From Eledone cirrhosa (taxonomy: Eukaryota), in contig OZ024743.1 of NCBI GenBank assembly GCA_964016885.1, forward strand, positions 359,104,001-359,168,000: a stretch of 64,000 bases of DNA. The letters are read 5' to 3'. The notes beneath the pieces are model-generated. The model was not told the origin of the DNA. It did no database searches and saw only the letters and a list, made by a program, of their open reading frames with translations. Position numbers and translations under genes: made by a program. Numbering within the stretch: the stretch's first letter is position 1; each line of letters opens with the position of its first letter. This document shows positions 42,805 through 56,600 of the stretch, piece after piece.

Positions 42805-43600
42805 GAGAAAGAGAGAGAGAGTAAAGGTCTGAAGAAGTCTGTCGACAGCAAGGGGTGTGTAAAAAGCAAATGTTTTACATCGTTATTCTGTCAACAACTG
42901 TTCCGAACTGCCTTTTGCCTGGTCTAAGACAGCCTATTTATATATGTCGCTTGCCCTGTCCCCTGCCTCGAGGGATCGCCTACGCATCAACTTGTTTACG
43001 CTAAAAAGGAGGTAACCCAGAATTTGACCGTTAAGTATTACCCAGGGGTCAAGGTGTGGACAGATTTCGCTACAGATACATACGAGGTATTTGCTCAGCG
43101 CTCTTCATATCCCCAGGAATCTAGAGATTGTTTGAAGTGTCAACTGTATAACATAGATGAGATAACTCCGTACAATGGATGAAGTTCATACCATACCAAT
43201 TAAGAAAACATAGCAAAGCAAAAGCAGTATATTAAAAACAGTTTATCAAATGTTGCACTTATGTAGATCCGTACATTAACAGACGTATGGGATTAAAAAC
43301 AATATTATATGAGAATATATATTTATATAAACATATTAATACATGTGAACTAATACATATAAAGCATGGTACTTATGTTTCCTGTAAAAACATTTTTTGT
43401 ATCGTTCGAAGTCAACTTATCAAAGAAAATCTTTTCAAATTAGGATTCACATGAAATTATAATCTTTCTTTACAATTTATTGTTATATTTATATGCCTAA
43501 CGTATAATTGACCAAGTAATGCCCTCCTTCTTATATCTGGTCAATATATACATATATTACATATGTATGTAATACAGTCGACACTTCAAACAATACGTAG

Positions 43601-43662
43601 ACTTCTGAGGATATGTATAGCGATGGACAAATACCTCGTCTATATTGAAACATATGTAGGGT
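43601..43662 (+). ncRNA. Type I hammerhead ribozyme
   Basis: actt-CTGAGGA-tatgtatagcgatgg...cctcgtctatatt-GAA-AC-ATAT-GT-A-gggt; (TA)n ~30 nt downstream. Confidence 0.7.
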
Positions 43663-43689
43663 AAAGATATGTTTTAAGAGTAACTTGGT

Positions 43690-43758
<69 letters not shown>

Positions 43759-43759
<1 letters not shown>

Positions 43760-45768
43760 TAGCAGAAGTACCCGGCGTTGCCCGGGTGTAAGTCGACCTT
43801 TGCTCTGTTGTTAAAATGTGTGAAAGTTACATCCCGCGCATCACAGGTGCAAAAACCTTCGAACCTCAAGGAAAAAAACAGAGGTTAGTAGACGCAGGTG
43901 TGTAATTGAGCATAAATAATGGATCAATTGTAGGTTCACAGTGTATCGTTGAAATTGTTCTTTGCACGACTGACGGAAGTCTAATTCACTTGAAATTGAA
44001 TTTTTAGTTGATTTTTAAAACAGGGTGAAAAAGTCGATTTTTTCACAGTTTTTTTATTTATTTATAATTTTCGCGCGCACATGCGCAGAAGAAGAAATAA
44101 AAGGGACTTTATCTGAACTGCGGCATAATGGCGAGTCTTTTGCGACAGTTTTCAAGAAAATCGGACGTTCCTGTAAAAAGTTTTCCCATGTGCAACTTTG
44201 CCTTGTCTTTTGCGCAAAGCCGAACCCCGCTTCAGTTTTATTGATTTTTTACATGAATGTGTGACCTTTGAAGTAGATTTGAGTAGCTAAAAACCTGTCC
44301 CGGTAAATTTGCTATACGTGAAAAAAAGTTGAGCAAAATTGTGTCTAGGGTTATTGCCCTTTGCAAAAGCCTCAATGTGTCTTCAAGTATGGTTTGTTAA
44401 TTTGTTGTGGAACTAAATCGACTTTCGTCAAATCGGATCGAGGAAACAACGTTTCCATTTGTCTTTCTAGCTGGTGTACCCGGTTACACTCGGGGTTATA
44501 AGGCGCTGGATTTAAACGGGTCTGCGCTAAATTCCATCAGGAGCTTTAACAGAAATAAATGAAGAACAAACGTTTCTTTTTGTGCTCCAATCTGTGATAT
44601 TGGTATTTTGAAAAAATAGTCCACAAACATCCATGGAGCATGTGTAACGCATGTATCAGGTTATGAGAAAAAGGGTTTTCGATTCTCCATTCATACCAAA
44701 AGAATGCACACAAATAAATCGGGATCTTAAGGCACTGCCCAATTCAGAGCTGAAAGGTAAGAATCAAGTGGAATAATGTTTTGCGATATTGTCAAATGGA
44801 CAACCGTACAAACGCCAAGGATATAGCCATTGAAATCTAGGTAGACCAAAGAATTTGGTGGGGTTGTATATCAGAGGATTGTTTTCCTTGTGATTCGCGT
44901 CTAGCCTACAGAGTGAAGTTAGATGATTGTAGTCGGTGTTGTATCAATAAAAAATAAAAGCATACGGAAGACTGTACACTTACGAATTGAGTGAAAATCA
45001 CGTTGATATTCCTATGTGCCGAAAAACCTGACGGACTGTTGTGTCAATATTGAAATCGTAGAAATTGCGAATCCCGACCTCTAAGATGTAATGGAGGTGA
45101 AGAGGAAGTATTGGTAGAATTGTTTACTGAACATGATGACCATTAATTTAAATAGACTTACGCAGCATCATCGTGCGGTTTTGTTGTTTATGGCCTAGAA
45201 TGAGGACCGATTAAACGCGGCAGAAAAATAAGCCATGCTGATGATGTTTAGGGGCGTCGCTGGGAATAGATGCGGCGTTGTGAGTCAATTGTGAGGACAG
45301 TGGAAGGCACGCTGATCGCTTGAGAAGACGCGATGCTACACAGGATGCTTCTCGGCCATAATTGACAGAAAGGCATGTCAGGAGAAATGAAAGAGTTGCT
45401 ATTCATTCTTTGCTTAGCATGATGAACATGTAATTAAAAAGACTTACCATGGACTATCGTGCACGTTGGTATTGTGTTTAGCCAGCGAAAATCGGTGGTC
45501 AAATGGGTCAACAATAAGCCATGCTGATGACGTTTAAGTGGGTGGCAAGGAATTGATGCGGCATAGATAGCCATGGGAGTCTGGAAGGAGCACGGCGGTC
45601 AGGAAAAAGAATGGGCCGAGGAGGGGATGGTGGCTGACAGTGCATGGATGCGGCATCCTGAGGCATGACGATGCAGTGGGACGACGGCCAACAGGCAAGG
45701 AAGAGGGCAGGGGTGGACGGTGGCATGGATGCGGCATGGTGAGGCATGCGTAAGACCTATACATGAGA
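43759..45768 (-). mobile_element. Helitron-type element with two successive 3' termini
   Basis: Minus acccgggcaacgccgggt-acttctg-CTAG|T at 43759-43787; second hairpin+CTAG at 44467-44496; candidate 5' TCTCATGTATAGG at 45768 (5' end uncertain). Confidence 0.65.
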
Positions 45769-48700
45769 ACTTTTTTTTCGACATCCTTCTTTCCTTCACT
45801 GCTGAAACATGATGCTCCACGGAGCAGTGCGCCCACGGAGAAAGATTCTACAATAGAAAATGTCTCATCTAATCCCACACTGAACACAGTTCGCAATTCT
45901 ATCCACTTCGATTCCATTATATTATTATTGTCTCCTTTAATACCAAAAATAAAAACAATCCCTGACCATATCAAGGAAACATTATTGCATATCTCTCCTC
46001 CTAACATGAATAGCTATCACAGAGAACTGTCTATACCATCACTGAGAATCTCTCTTGGCAAAGGCACATCCTCATTATAGCAAATAATGCATTTAAACGA
46101 CTACCCTTGCTTTTCATAACCCAAACCAAAACAACTACTACTACTTGACAAACTCCTGTGATGTCCACAATGGAGTACTGCTTCAACAGCAGAGGAGGTG
46201 GTGTTGATACAATCGCACACATAAAATTACACATATTAGACGACATCCAAAAAAGGCCCTCGATTGATTGACCGGAAGTCACTAACCAACATACTTCAAC
46301 CTCTGCCCTACAGATGTGCTGTCTCTTCTCTGTCTTCTCTACCTTAGCCACTGTAGCCTCTGCTTCGCGGAACTCGTCTCTCGAACCTTATTCTCTTCAG
46401 GCACTACTGACACTTTCATCACTCTTCCTAATCTTAACTCTAACCCGAAACTTAACCAGTAGTGAGTTTAAAAATGAATATTTTTTATCATTTCGTTAAG
46501 TATGGGAGACACATCTCGACATACTTTAGTCTTATTTCATCTCATAAGTAAAGAATAGACTTCAGAGTATTGATAGGTTTGCGATACTGTATGCAATAGT
46601 ATTCTATTTTGATATTTTATGTTCACTATATCACGTTGGTAATAGCTTACCTGGGTGATTATGTAATTACTGACTAATATTACTTTCAGATGTCACCAGC
46701 AAAGAAAACTAATAGTTACGTGAGCGCTAACATACGTAATGAAGTGAACAAAATGACTCTGATTAACCAAGGTATAGCCACCATGCAATGAGCAAAACAT
46801 CCACTGAATGCCTAAGGGTCAAATTCATGAATCTCATTCAGTTAAAATAAGCATCATACAAGCAATCTGGAGGATAAAACATTAGCACAAGATCTAACAT
46901 TAATAAAATCTAATCATGTGTATGTTAGCATGAACGTAACTATGTAATGATAGTCAGTCTTTAAAAAGAATATAAATTCTTACGAAGAGACCCACCCCCG
47001 CCTGCAGTCATTGTTTCATAATCAGAATTTCTTAATTTTATGTTTCAAATGAGAAGTGTCAGGTTTCAATTACCTTGAAATTCTAACAGAAAGCGCAATA
47101 AAGGGGCAACAAAGAAAGTAATGAATCTACATAACTACGTCTAGTAATCCTTATAAAATTTATAGGAGGTATGTTTTATTTAACTATGGTAACATTGATA
47201 TTGCGAGAATTTTACAATCTAGAGGATGAACATTTACTCCATCGTGAATAAGGTATAATTTAGTACGCTTTCTCGGTCTTCAAGAGATGCGTGGCTTCCC
47301 CTAATCGATCAATGAACAGCTTCTGGTATTGAGACATTCTTGTCAATTAAAGAAAATATAATCTATAAATTTGGGTCGATATACAGTATATGATCAGCTG
47401 ACACTAATATATATATATATATAAAAATAAATTATACAATTATAAAAGTTGTCTTCAAATCATTTAATAGCTGACAACCGTTTCTTCCAAATTCTCGTTT
47501 GGAGTCATCGGACCATTATCAATGTTTGCACATACAATTACCCTCCTATTCAACTGAACAATAATATAGATACATACAAATTGATATTGTGAGCAACAGT
47601 TTCGTATTTACAGGGTGAAATGGATGTGACATATATTTTACGAGAATTGTACAATAATTGTACAAACATTCAAGTTCAAATTCAAATCAAAATTATAATT
47701 AAAATCAAAAGTACGGAGTGGAATACATGCAACAGTTAAAACAAGGGAATAGTCTAAATATTAAAGAGGCATTGAGGAAGCAGTTTTGAGAAAGGAAGAG
47801 TGCGATAACAAATCATATGCAGGCGTGTGGATAGTGCGACTGCGTAAGTCCTATACATGAGAAGGAGACAAGCAAGGCTATTATGCATATATAGATGAAT
47901 AAATACTGCATTTGAAGCAAATATGTTAATGTATTAGAGTCTATGGTGGATGTTGAATGTTGATGGTGTTCGAATTAATGTGTGTTGAGAAACATAGAGT
48001 TTATGCAGACTTTTCCATGACATATGTTGAATTAAATTTTAGTTAATGTTTATATTGAGTATTTTAAGTTAGTTAGAGCAATGGATTGTAAATTAGTCTT
48101 AATGAATTCATATTCATAGACTATATTTGATCAACCGTTAAAGTTTCAATCGTTAATTTCCGGAAGTGAATAAGGGGAGCTAATACGTAAGGGGAGGTAA
48201 CTAGCTAATTAAGTTCAATTCAGTTATTAAAATTCTTTGTTCTAATACACAATATAATGTGATACCATTGCATCTCTGTTACATAACCCTGTATATTTAT
48301 GCCTGATTTTAAATACAGTGTATTCTACTATCATACATTAAAGGTTTCTTTAGATTGTTATCTATTCATTACTGGACAAGGTATATGTTATGAAGGATTA
48401 TACAGCTGTTAATATGTCATAATAGATATGCTATATGTGTAATAATATAATCCCTAATATAGAATGCTATTACATTTTATATTTAATTATAAGTGTATAT
48501 ATACTTTATCATTATTATGTTGTGCAATTTAAGCATTTAATTATACAATTACAAATGCACACATATTTTATCATCACACACTACATTAAATGAATTGAAC
48601 TTAATTAGCTAGTTACCTCCCCTTACGTATTAGCTCCCCTTATTCACTTCCGGAAATTAACGATTGAAACTTTAACGGTTGATCAAATATAGTCTATGAA

Positions 48701-49382
48701 TATGAATTCATTAAGACTAATTTACAATCCATTGCTCTAACTAACTTAAAATACTCAATATAAACATTAACTAAAATTTAATTCAACATATGTCATGGAA
48801 AAGTCTGCATAAACTCTATGTTTCTCAACACACATTAATTCGAACACCATCAACATTCAACATCCACCATAGACTCTAATACATTAACATATTTGCTTCA
48901 AATGCAGTATTTATTCATCTATATATGCATAATAGCCTTGCTTGTCTCCTTCTCATGTATAGGACTTACGCAGTCGCACTATCCACACGCCTGCATATGA
49001 TTTGTTATCGCTCTCTTCCTTTCTCAAAACTGCTTCCTCAATGCCTCTTTAATATTTAGACTATTCCCTTGTTTTAACTGTTGCATGTATTCCACTCCGT
49101 ACTTTTGATTTTAATTTTAATTTGGATTTGAATTTGAACTTGAATGTTTGTACAATTATTTTACAATTCTCGTAAAATATATGTCACATCCATTCCACCC
49201 TGTAAATTCGAAACTGTGGCTCACAATATCAATTTGTATGTATCTATATTATTGTTCAGTTGAATAGGAGGGTAATTGTATGTGCAAACATTGATAATGG
49301 TCCGATGACTCCAAACGAGAATTTGGAAGAAACGGTTGTCAGCTATTAAATGATTTGAAGACAACTTTTATAATTGTATAAT

Positions 49383-49451
<69 letters not shown>

Positions 49452-51088
49452 TGTCAGCTGATCATATACTGTATATCGACCCAAATTTATAGATTATATT
49501 TTCTTTAATTGACAAGAATGTCTCAATACCAGAAGCTGTTCATTGATCGATTAGGGGAAGCCACGCATCTCTTGAAGACCGAGAAAGCGTACTAAATTAT
49601 ACCTTATTCACGATGGAGTAAATGTTCATCCTCTAGATTGTAAAATTCTCGCAATATCAATGTTACCATAGTTAAATAAAACATACCTCCTATAAATTTT
49701 ATAAGGATTACTAGACGTAGTTATGTAGATTCATTACTTTCTTTGTTGCCCCTTTATTGCGCTTTCTGTTAGAATTTCAAGGTAATTGAAACCTGACACT
49801 TCTCATTTGAAACATAAAATTAAGAAATTCTGATTATGAAACAATGACTGCAGGCGGGGGTGGGTCTCTTCGTAAGAATTTATATTCTTTTTAAAGACTG
49901 ACTATCATTACATAGTTACGTTCATGCTAACATACACATGATTAGATTTTATTAATGTTAGATCTTGTGCTAATGTTTTATCCTCCAGATTGCTTGTATG
50001 ATGCTTATTTTAACTGAATGAGATTCATGAATTTGACCCTTAGGCATTCAGTGGATGTTTTGCTCATTGCATGGTGACTATACCTTGGTTAATCAGAGTC
50101 ATTTTGTTCACTTCATTACGTATGTTAGCGCTCACGTAACTATTAGTTTTCTTTGCTGGTGACATCTGAAAGTAATATTAGTCAGTAATTACATAATCAC
50201 CCAGGTAAGCTATTACCAACGTGATATAGTGAACATAAAATATCAAAATAGAATACTATTGCATACAGTATCGCAAACCTATCAATACTCTGAAGTCTAT
50301 TCTTTACTTATGAGATGAAATAAGACTAAAGTATGTCGAGATGTGTCTCCCATACTTAACGAAATGATAAAAAATATTCATTTTTAAACTCACTACTGGT
50401 TAAGTTTCGGGTTAGAGTTAAGATTAGGAAGAGTGATGAAAGTGTCAGTAGTGCCTGAAGAGAATAAGGTTCGAGAGACGAGTTCCGCGAAGCAGAGGCT
50501 ACAGTGGCTAAGGTAGAGAAGACAGAGAAGAGACAGCACATCTGTAGGGCAGAGGTTGAAGTATGTTGGTTAGTGACTTCCGGTCAATCAATCGAGGGCC
50601 TTTTTTGGATGTCGTCTAATATGTGTAATTTTATGTGTGCGATTGTATCAACACCACCTCCTCTGCTGTTGAAGCAGTACTCCATTGTGGACATCACAGG
50701 AGTTTGTCAAGTAGTAGTAGTTGTTTTGGTTTGGGTTATGAAAAGGAAGGGTAGTCGTTTAAATGCATTCTTTGCTATAATGAGGATGTGCCTTTGCCAG
50801 GAGAGATTCTCAGTGATGGTAAAGACAGTTCTCTGTGATAGCTATTCATGTTAGGAGGAGAGATATGCAATAATGTTTCCTTGATATGGTCAGGGATTGT
50901 TTTTATTTTTGGTATTAAAGGAGACAATAATAATATAATGGAATCGAAGTGGATAGAATTGCGAACTGTGTTCAGTGTGGGATTAGATGAGACATTTTCT
51001 ATTGTAGAATCTTTCTCCGTGGGCGCACTGCTCCGTGGAGCATCATGTTTCAGCAGTGAAGGAAAGAAGGATGTCGAAAAAAAAAGTT
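45768..51088. repeat. Giant inverted repeat: ~2.45-kb arms (45768-48222; 48591-51088), 368-bp spacer
   Basis: Arms match almost base for base; mirror ORFs (46031-46351/50504-50854, 46314-46499/50356-50541); scattered substitutions and different (TA)n lengths. Confidence 0.97.
49295..49348 (+). ncRNA. Hammerhead variant (CCGAUGA core); mirror copy at 47465-47518 (-)
   Basis: taatggt-CCGATGA-c-tccaaa-cgagaa-tttgga-a-GAA-AC-GGTT-GT-C-agctatta; (TA)n ~40 nt downstream. Confidence 0.6.
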
Positions 51089-52212
51089 GGTAGTTATCTT
51101 TTTGATATGGAAGAGGCTCGGCTGCAATTTATGAGGCGGGACAACGTGTGGGCTGTGCGCTTTACAGAACCATCGTTGGTGGTTCAGATGAGGCCCTTTC
51201 AGGAATTGCAGCGTTGGATAAGCGTCATCCTGTTTGTAGACGTATTAATATTTTTTCAAGCCTTTTATATTGTAATTTCATTTTACCTGAGCTGCTGGAA
51301 GGCATCTATGAGACAACCTTCACAAGAACTTGGGACATTTGAACTGACTTATTATACCTGGAGTCTTTATTGTATAAAATAATGCTCTAACGAGTCCAAA
51401 TCTATAGACTTTAAAACAAAACATTTTCCCGTCAAAATGTGGAGTTTGTCAATAGTACGAAAATGGTAAACGGTAAATGCGCTATTAAACTTTCCAATGT
51501 AGTTCTTCTTTGCTATTTATACCCATTTATAGAAATATCGAATATGTATACCTACATTTCTTTTACAAATATTCTAAAATTACACTTTTGTTTCTATGTT
51601 GTATAATAATTATTGATTTGAAGTTGTTCTGTTTTTCAGCAGCCCACAATTACAACAGTCTAGGAGATTTCAATTGATAATTAAATAACGTAGAAAATAG
51701 AAATATGGAATTTCACCTGGGAGAATTGTGAGTCTTCTAATGAAAAGTCTTAGTAAACGTATTCTACTGGAAGCTTTCGTTCCCAGAAGATTTATGTTCG
51801 TTTTAATCTAGCTTAAGGACGAATCTATTTGTACGGGTAATATTAATTTCCATATACGCGATTCTATCTGTGAGACAAAGCTGGCTCTCATTTGAATTAT
51901 CATTTTATTCTATCAATTTTAATGTATTTTCTTTTAAGTTTTGTATTTTTGCTCGCAGTCATTCAAGTAAACAAAATCACATTATATTTAGATATTATTT
52001 CTCTTATTCATACATATTAAGTATTTATAGAGCAGAATACAGATTTTTTTAATCAATAAATTAGATTGCGACTACAATCATGCAAACTAGAAATTGCACC
52101 CTAAACACAATGCTTAAATAATTGTCAGTGTTCTGATTTTAAAATGTAGTAAAATATAAACGCATCACATAACACACACATACATATATGTATGTATGTA
52201 TGCATGTATGTA

Positions 52213-52773
52213 CGTTCTTCCGGTTTTATAATTTCACAAATTTTTACCAATAGAGAGAGTCGGTTTCTAACATAGACACAAGACTCTCTCATTGGAATTT
52301 ACACAACATCAACTAGGTAGATATGTATGCATGTCGGCATGCATGCATGTGTAGATATGGTTGTTATTGTATCTGTGGATGTGAATGTTTTGGTTGTATA
52401 TGTGCCTGTATATATGCTTTGTATCTGTACATGTGTATATGCAGTTATTAGATGCAACATTTTGGAATGTTTTACATATTTTTACTGTCCCATTAATGGA
52501 TTGTACTTGTAATTTCCTAACTAGTTGTGTTCTTTCTGTTCCTGTGAAGCCTTGCTTCTCAAGATTTATATTGAGGCAGTTACTAACATACCCAAGTGCC
52601 CCAATAATCAGAGGCATAAATCTGAAGGTATAATCAGGGTGGAGTATCTGCAGATTTCTCATCAGTTCTGCATAAATATTCTCCTTTTCGCTAATCTTTG
52701 TTATTATATTGGCAGCTAACTTCCACTACTGTGCATGCTTTCTTTTCCCTGTCCCATATCATTATATCTGGAA
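52213..52773 (-). mobile_element. R4/Dong/Hero-like RLE non-LTR retrotransposon 3' end, flanked by (TATG)n
   Basis: PDIMIWDREKKACTVVEVSC and FMPLIIGALG...GTVKICKTF (PD-(D/E)xK-type RLE C-terminus); (TATG)n at 52186-52212 and 52774-52882. Confidence 0.78.
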
Positions 52774-52835
52774 TGTATGTATGTATGTATGTATGTATGT
52801 ATGTATGTATGTATGTATGTATGTATGTATGTATG

Positions 52836-52869
<34 letters not shown>

Positions 52870-53506
52870 TGTATGTATGTATGCGCATACATATTCAGAG
52901 TTTAAGTAGTGAAGAACTAGTGAAAGAGGCATAAATATTTTAAATATTTTATTTGAATTATTTTAAGTGTTTGCTATATATTTGATAAACCAGATTAGAA
53001 ACAGCCATTTATAACCCCAAGAGTTGCCTTCCTTGAGTCCCCAAATGTAAACATTCGACCATCTCAATTGGTAGCGATCTCATTCGAGGGGGTTAAAGTT
53101 TGTAGATAATTAGCACGCAACTCATACCGCACGCATACTACACTCAGATAAATTAAGCCTGACAGTTCAAACGCTCCGGAATTACCTCTTGTTTCCGATA
53201 TGAACCTCTCCTCTGTTTAAAAACCAAATATAGTCGGCTAAAGGAGTTTCCTTTTTCGTATTTTTGTCCGAGTGCTCGATGAGGGGTCAATTTGAAAGAG
53301 CTTCCTCCCCTATACATTGGTTGCCATAACTGGACTCCGAAACGAATGGTCGTACATACATGTTAAGTGTATGAAACCTTATTTATACTAAATAAATCCT
53401 CTTGCAATAGATTGAGCATTGTTTTCCTTGACCTGTTATCTACGGATATCCTACATATATATATTATATTATATATTGATGTTCATACACGGAACAAAAG
53501 CGCTAC

Positions 53507-53557
<51 letters not shown>

Positions 53558-56479
53558 CAGTAATAAACGAAGCTAAATTTTAAACATTTGACTTTTTATT
53601 TAACTTTATTTTACATTACTCCGGAGTAACCAAACCAACCTGCGCACTTCGTCGAGTGCTCCAGCCTGCATACTGAGGTGTTGGTATACAACCAACATAT
53701 ACTCAAAATCTCTCTCTCTATATATATATAGAAAGAGAGATAGAGAGAGAATCTGACAAATATACTAGTAGAAATAAATAGACAAAGATTATAATGTATA
53801 TGTATGTGTTCATATGTATGAATATGTGTTTACGATGTGGTGCTGATTGGTTATAATATTGAAGAGGGAAGTTTACATTTTGTATTTGCGTTATTTAAAT
53901 CTTTTTTAATGGTAATTTATTTATTTTATCTGTATATTTAGAGATAAAAAAATCTACTTTTAGCCTTCAAAAATGACTTCCTGATATAGAAGGAGGGTAC
54001 AGTTGAGTGATGATAAGGCTTCTGATGTTCGAAAAGAAATGTTGGAGATGTCTAGCTGATGGAAATGAATAAAAAAACGATCGGTGTTTCGGTACTTCTT
54101 TTGATGCATATATAATACATCAAATGCAGTTTATCAAATTGCATTTGATGTCGACATTATATTAAAGAGAAGAAATTCTGTAGAAACATCTAATTACGAG
54201 ACATTAAGCTATGCATCACATATTCCAAATTTTAAAATAGATTTAAGACAACCTTGGAGAAAAAAAAATCTTCAGAAATTTTATTCTCAGTAACAGTTAT
54301 TTAGACATATTTCTAGTCTAATGAAACCATTGCTAGTCTAAAATTACTCAGCGATCACGGAAGAATATTGTTTTTAATATATTAAATGGAAATAAATTAC
54401 AGTTATATGTCTTGAATATCTAGTGGGAAATATACTGTGTAGATGACCCTGAAAATTCAATTATAACAACTCTTGCTTGTTTATACCTATTTGAAGACAC
54501 TGAAGTGATTGAATTTGTGACTTATCTGCTTGACCAGAAAATGTTTAAAGATAATGAGAGTGTGTCAAATATAGATGGATAAGATATATATAGGAAATTG
54601 TTGATATTATTGGTTACAAATATAAAACTTAGATTTTTATCAGTTAAATATACGCAAATGGGTTACAGGATAAAGAGAAATAAAACTGGATGAGCTTAAT
54701 ACTGTTAAAACTTGTTTTAAATGTTTTAATCTTAGAGATAAATAGTAAATATGAGATGGAAGAAGTTTACTACGAAAAAGAAAAAAAACAAACAATTTTT
54801 TTAGTATGAACTCTAGAAATAAGCGACATCGAGTGTGCTAGGTCAACAACTGTCAAAGACTGAAGGATTAAAAAGCAAATCCCCCTTTAGTTATGCACCA
54901 GCAGTTTTGTGAAATATACATGTTGTTCATGAAATACTATAAAGTATTTGGAATGTTTGAAGGAGATGAAAGGCTGTTAGCAAGGTTGACGATGTTAAAG
55001 TTTGGGTATGGTTTCTTAAAAAGAGTGTGTGAGTATGAGATCTTTTGTAAGAGTGAAAACCTGAAAGCATAGTATTGAACAGCGTACCATTCAAAGGTAA
55101 CTGGTGAAAGCAACATACATATTTCGATTTTATTAGACCTCTTTAACGAAGCGTATTTTCATCAGTTGGCAAGATTAGGAGTGATTAATACTTATAGAAA
55201 TAAAGGGAAAGTAGTGATACTGATAATGAATATCAATAATATGGTTGAGAGAAATATCTCAAGAGAACATTCAGTATTCTAGATACAAATATAAAGAGTT
55301 TTATTAATGTAATATAATGAATTGAAAAGCCACGACCAATTGATATTAACCTAGCAATGATTAGAATAGAAAAAAACTTCACGGGGGACTTGTTTACTTA
55401 TCTAAAAATATCTACAAATCTAAAAAAGCTACTAACATAAAAAAAACCCCAAAGCAAGGAAGATAACTCAACTGAGATTAGTTGGTCAACATTTAAAAAC
55501 AATAAAGATGACGCAGACTGAGCAGAGGATCTAGTCTTTAAAGCTAACTGGAGGCCATATTTCTGACATTCTTAGTCAAACATATTGCACTCGGTCAGCA
55601 AGTAATCAATTTATACAGAAATAGAGGGAATGAAGTGAGGCTGATTATTCAACATATTGCTGAGACGCATCGTTTATTTTGTTGTTAGATGTGTTGCAGT
55701 AGTTTCTTTTGCTGATAGCCCTTCCTACATGGTATCAGAGAACATCTTTCTCTGCTGATGTCTAGTATTTTACACTTCTGGTGCTGTGACATTGCTTCAT
55801 GTGATTTACGTGACACCTGTTCGCTATAATGGTTAGCTAAAGGAAATAAATACATTGGTTGTCAAAGTTAATCAGTACAGAGTGCCTCCAAAATTAAACC
55901 ACTTGAATATTAAATATGGTGTGTGTAGGAGAGCTCATAGTACAGTATTTTGATATGTGATCAGGGATCAGCGATGAGATGAAACTGAGAATGTGGATAC
56001 TGAGATATATGAGTAAAGGTTGCGTATCGAAGCATGGAGAATGACAATGTTTCCTGAGTTCAACCGGAAAGAAATCAATATAATGAGAGAATAGAGAATA
56101 TTTGCCATAACTACAGTTAAGGCTCTCCTCCCCAGATTTGTAATCTCATAAATTTCTGAAGAATGCATATTTTTTTGCGTTCGTTTATTTTTTCATTTAC
56201 TGCATTTTTTCGATTTGCGTTTGTAGTTGTGTAAACTTAAACTCTAAAACTTTCATTATAACTTCCAATTTTATGTTGAAAATAAATAATAGAAATGAAG
56301 ATAACGTTATGAATTCTATACTAGAATGAAATGCCATTTCTACAACACCGAACTGTTAAAATAAAAATAAATAACTAAAATAAAAATGTCATTACCATAA
56401 ACGTAATCTATATTTCCGAAAATATATCTCTGCAAAATTCCATAAAAGATATGTATTATTAAACAAGTGATGGGTTGAG

Positions 56480-56600
56480 GATTAGAAGGTCGGACAAAAT
56501 GCTTTGAGGAATTTGTTGTGGGTCTTTATTTTCTGAGTTCAAATACCACCTTTGTCAACTTTGAGTTTCATCTTTCCAGTGTCGATAATTAAATATCAGT
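56480..56600 (+). mobile_element. SINE family A, diverged
   Basis: ttctgagttcaaatacc...tttcatctttccagtgtcgataa. Confidence 0.55.

Noticed and set aside
45534-46499. ORFs present twice with near-identical translation (mirror at 50356-51093)
   Set aside because: Identity comes from the recent inverted duplication, not from selection; no protein motifs
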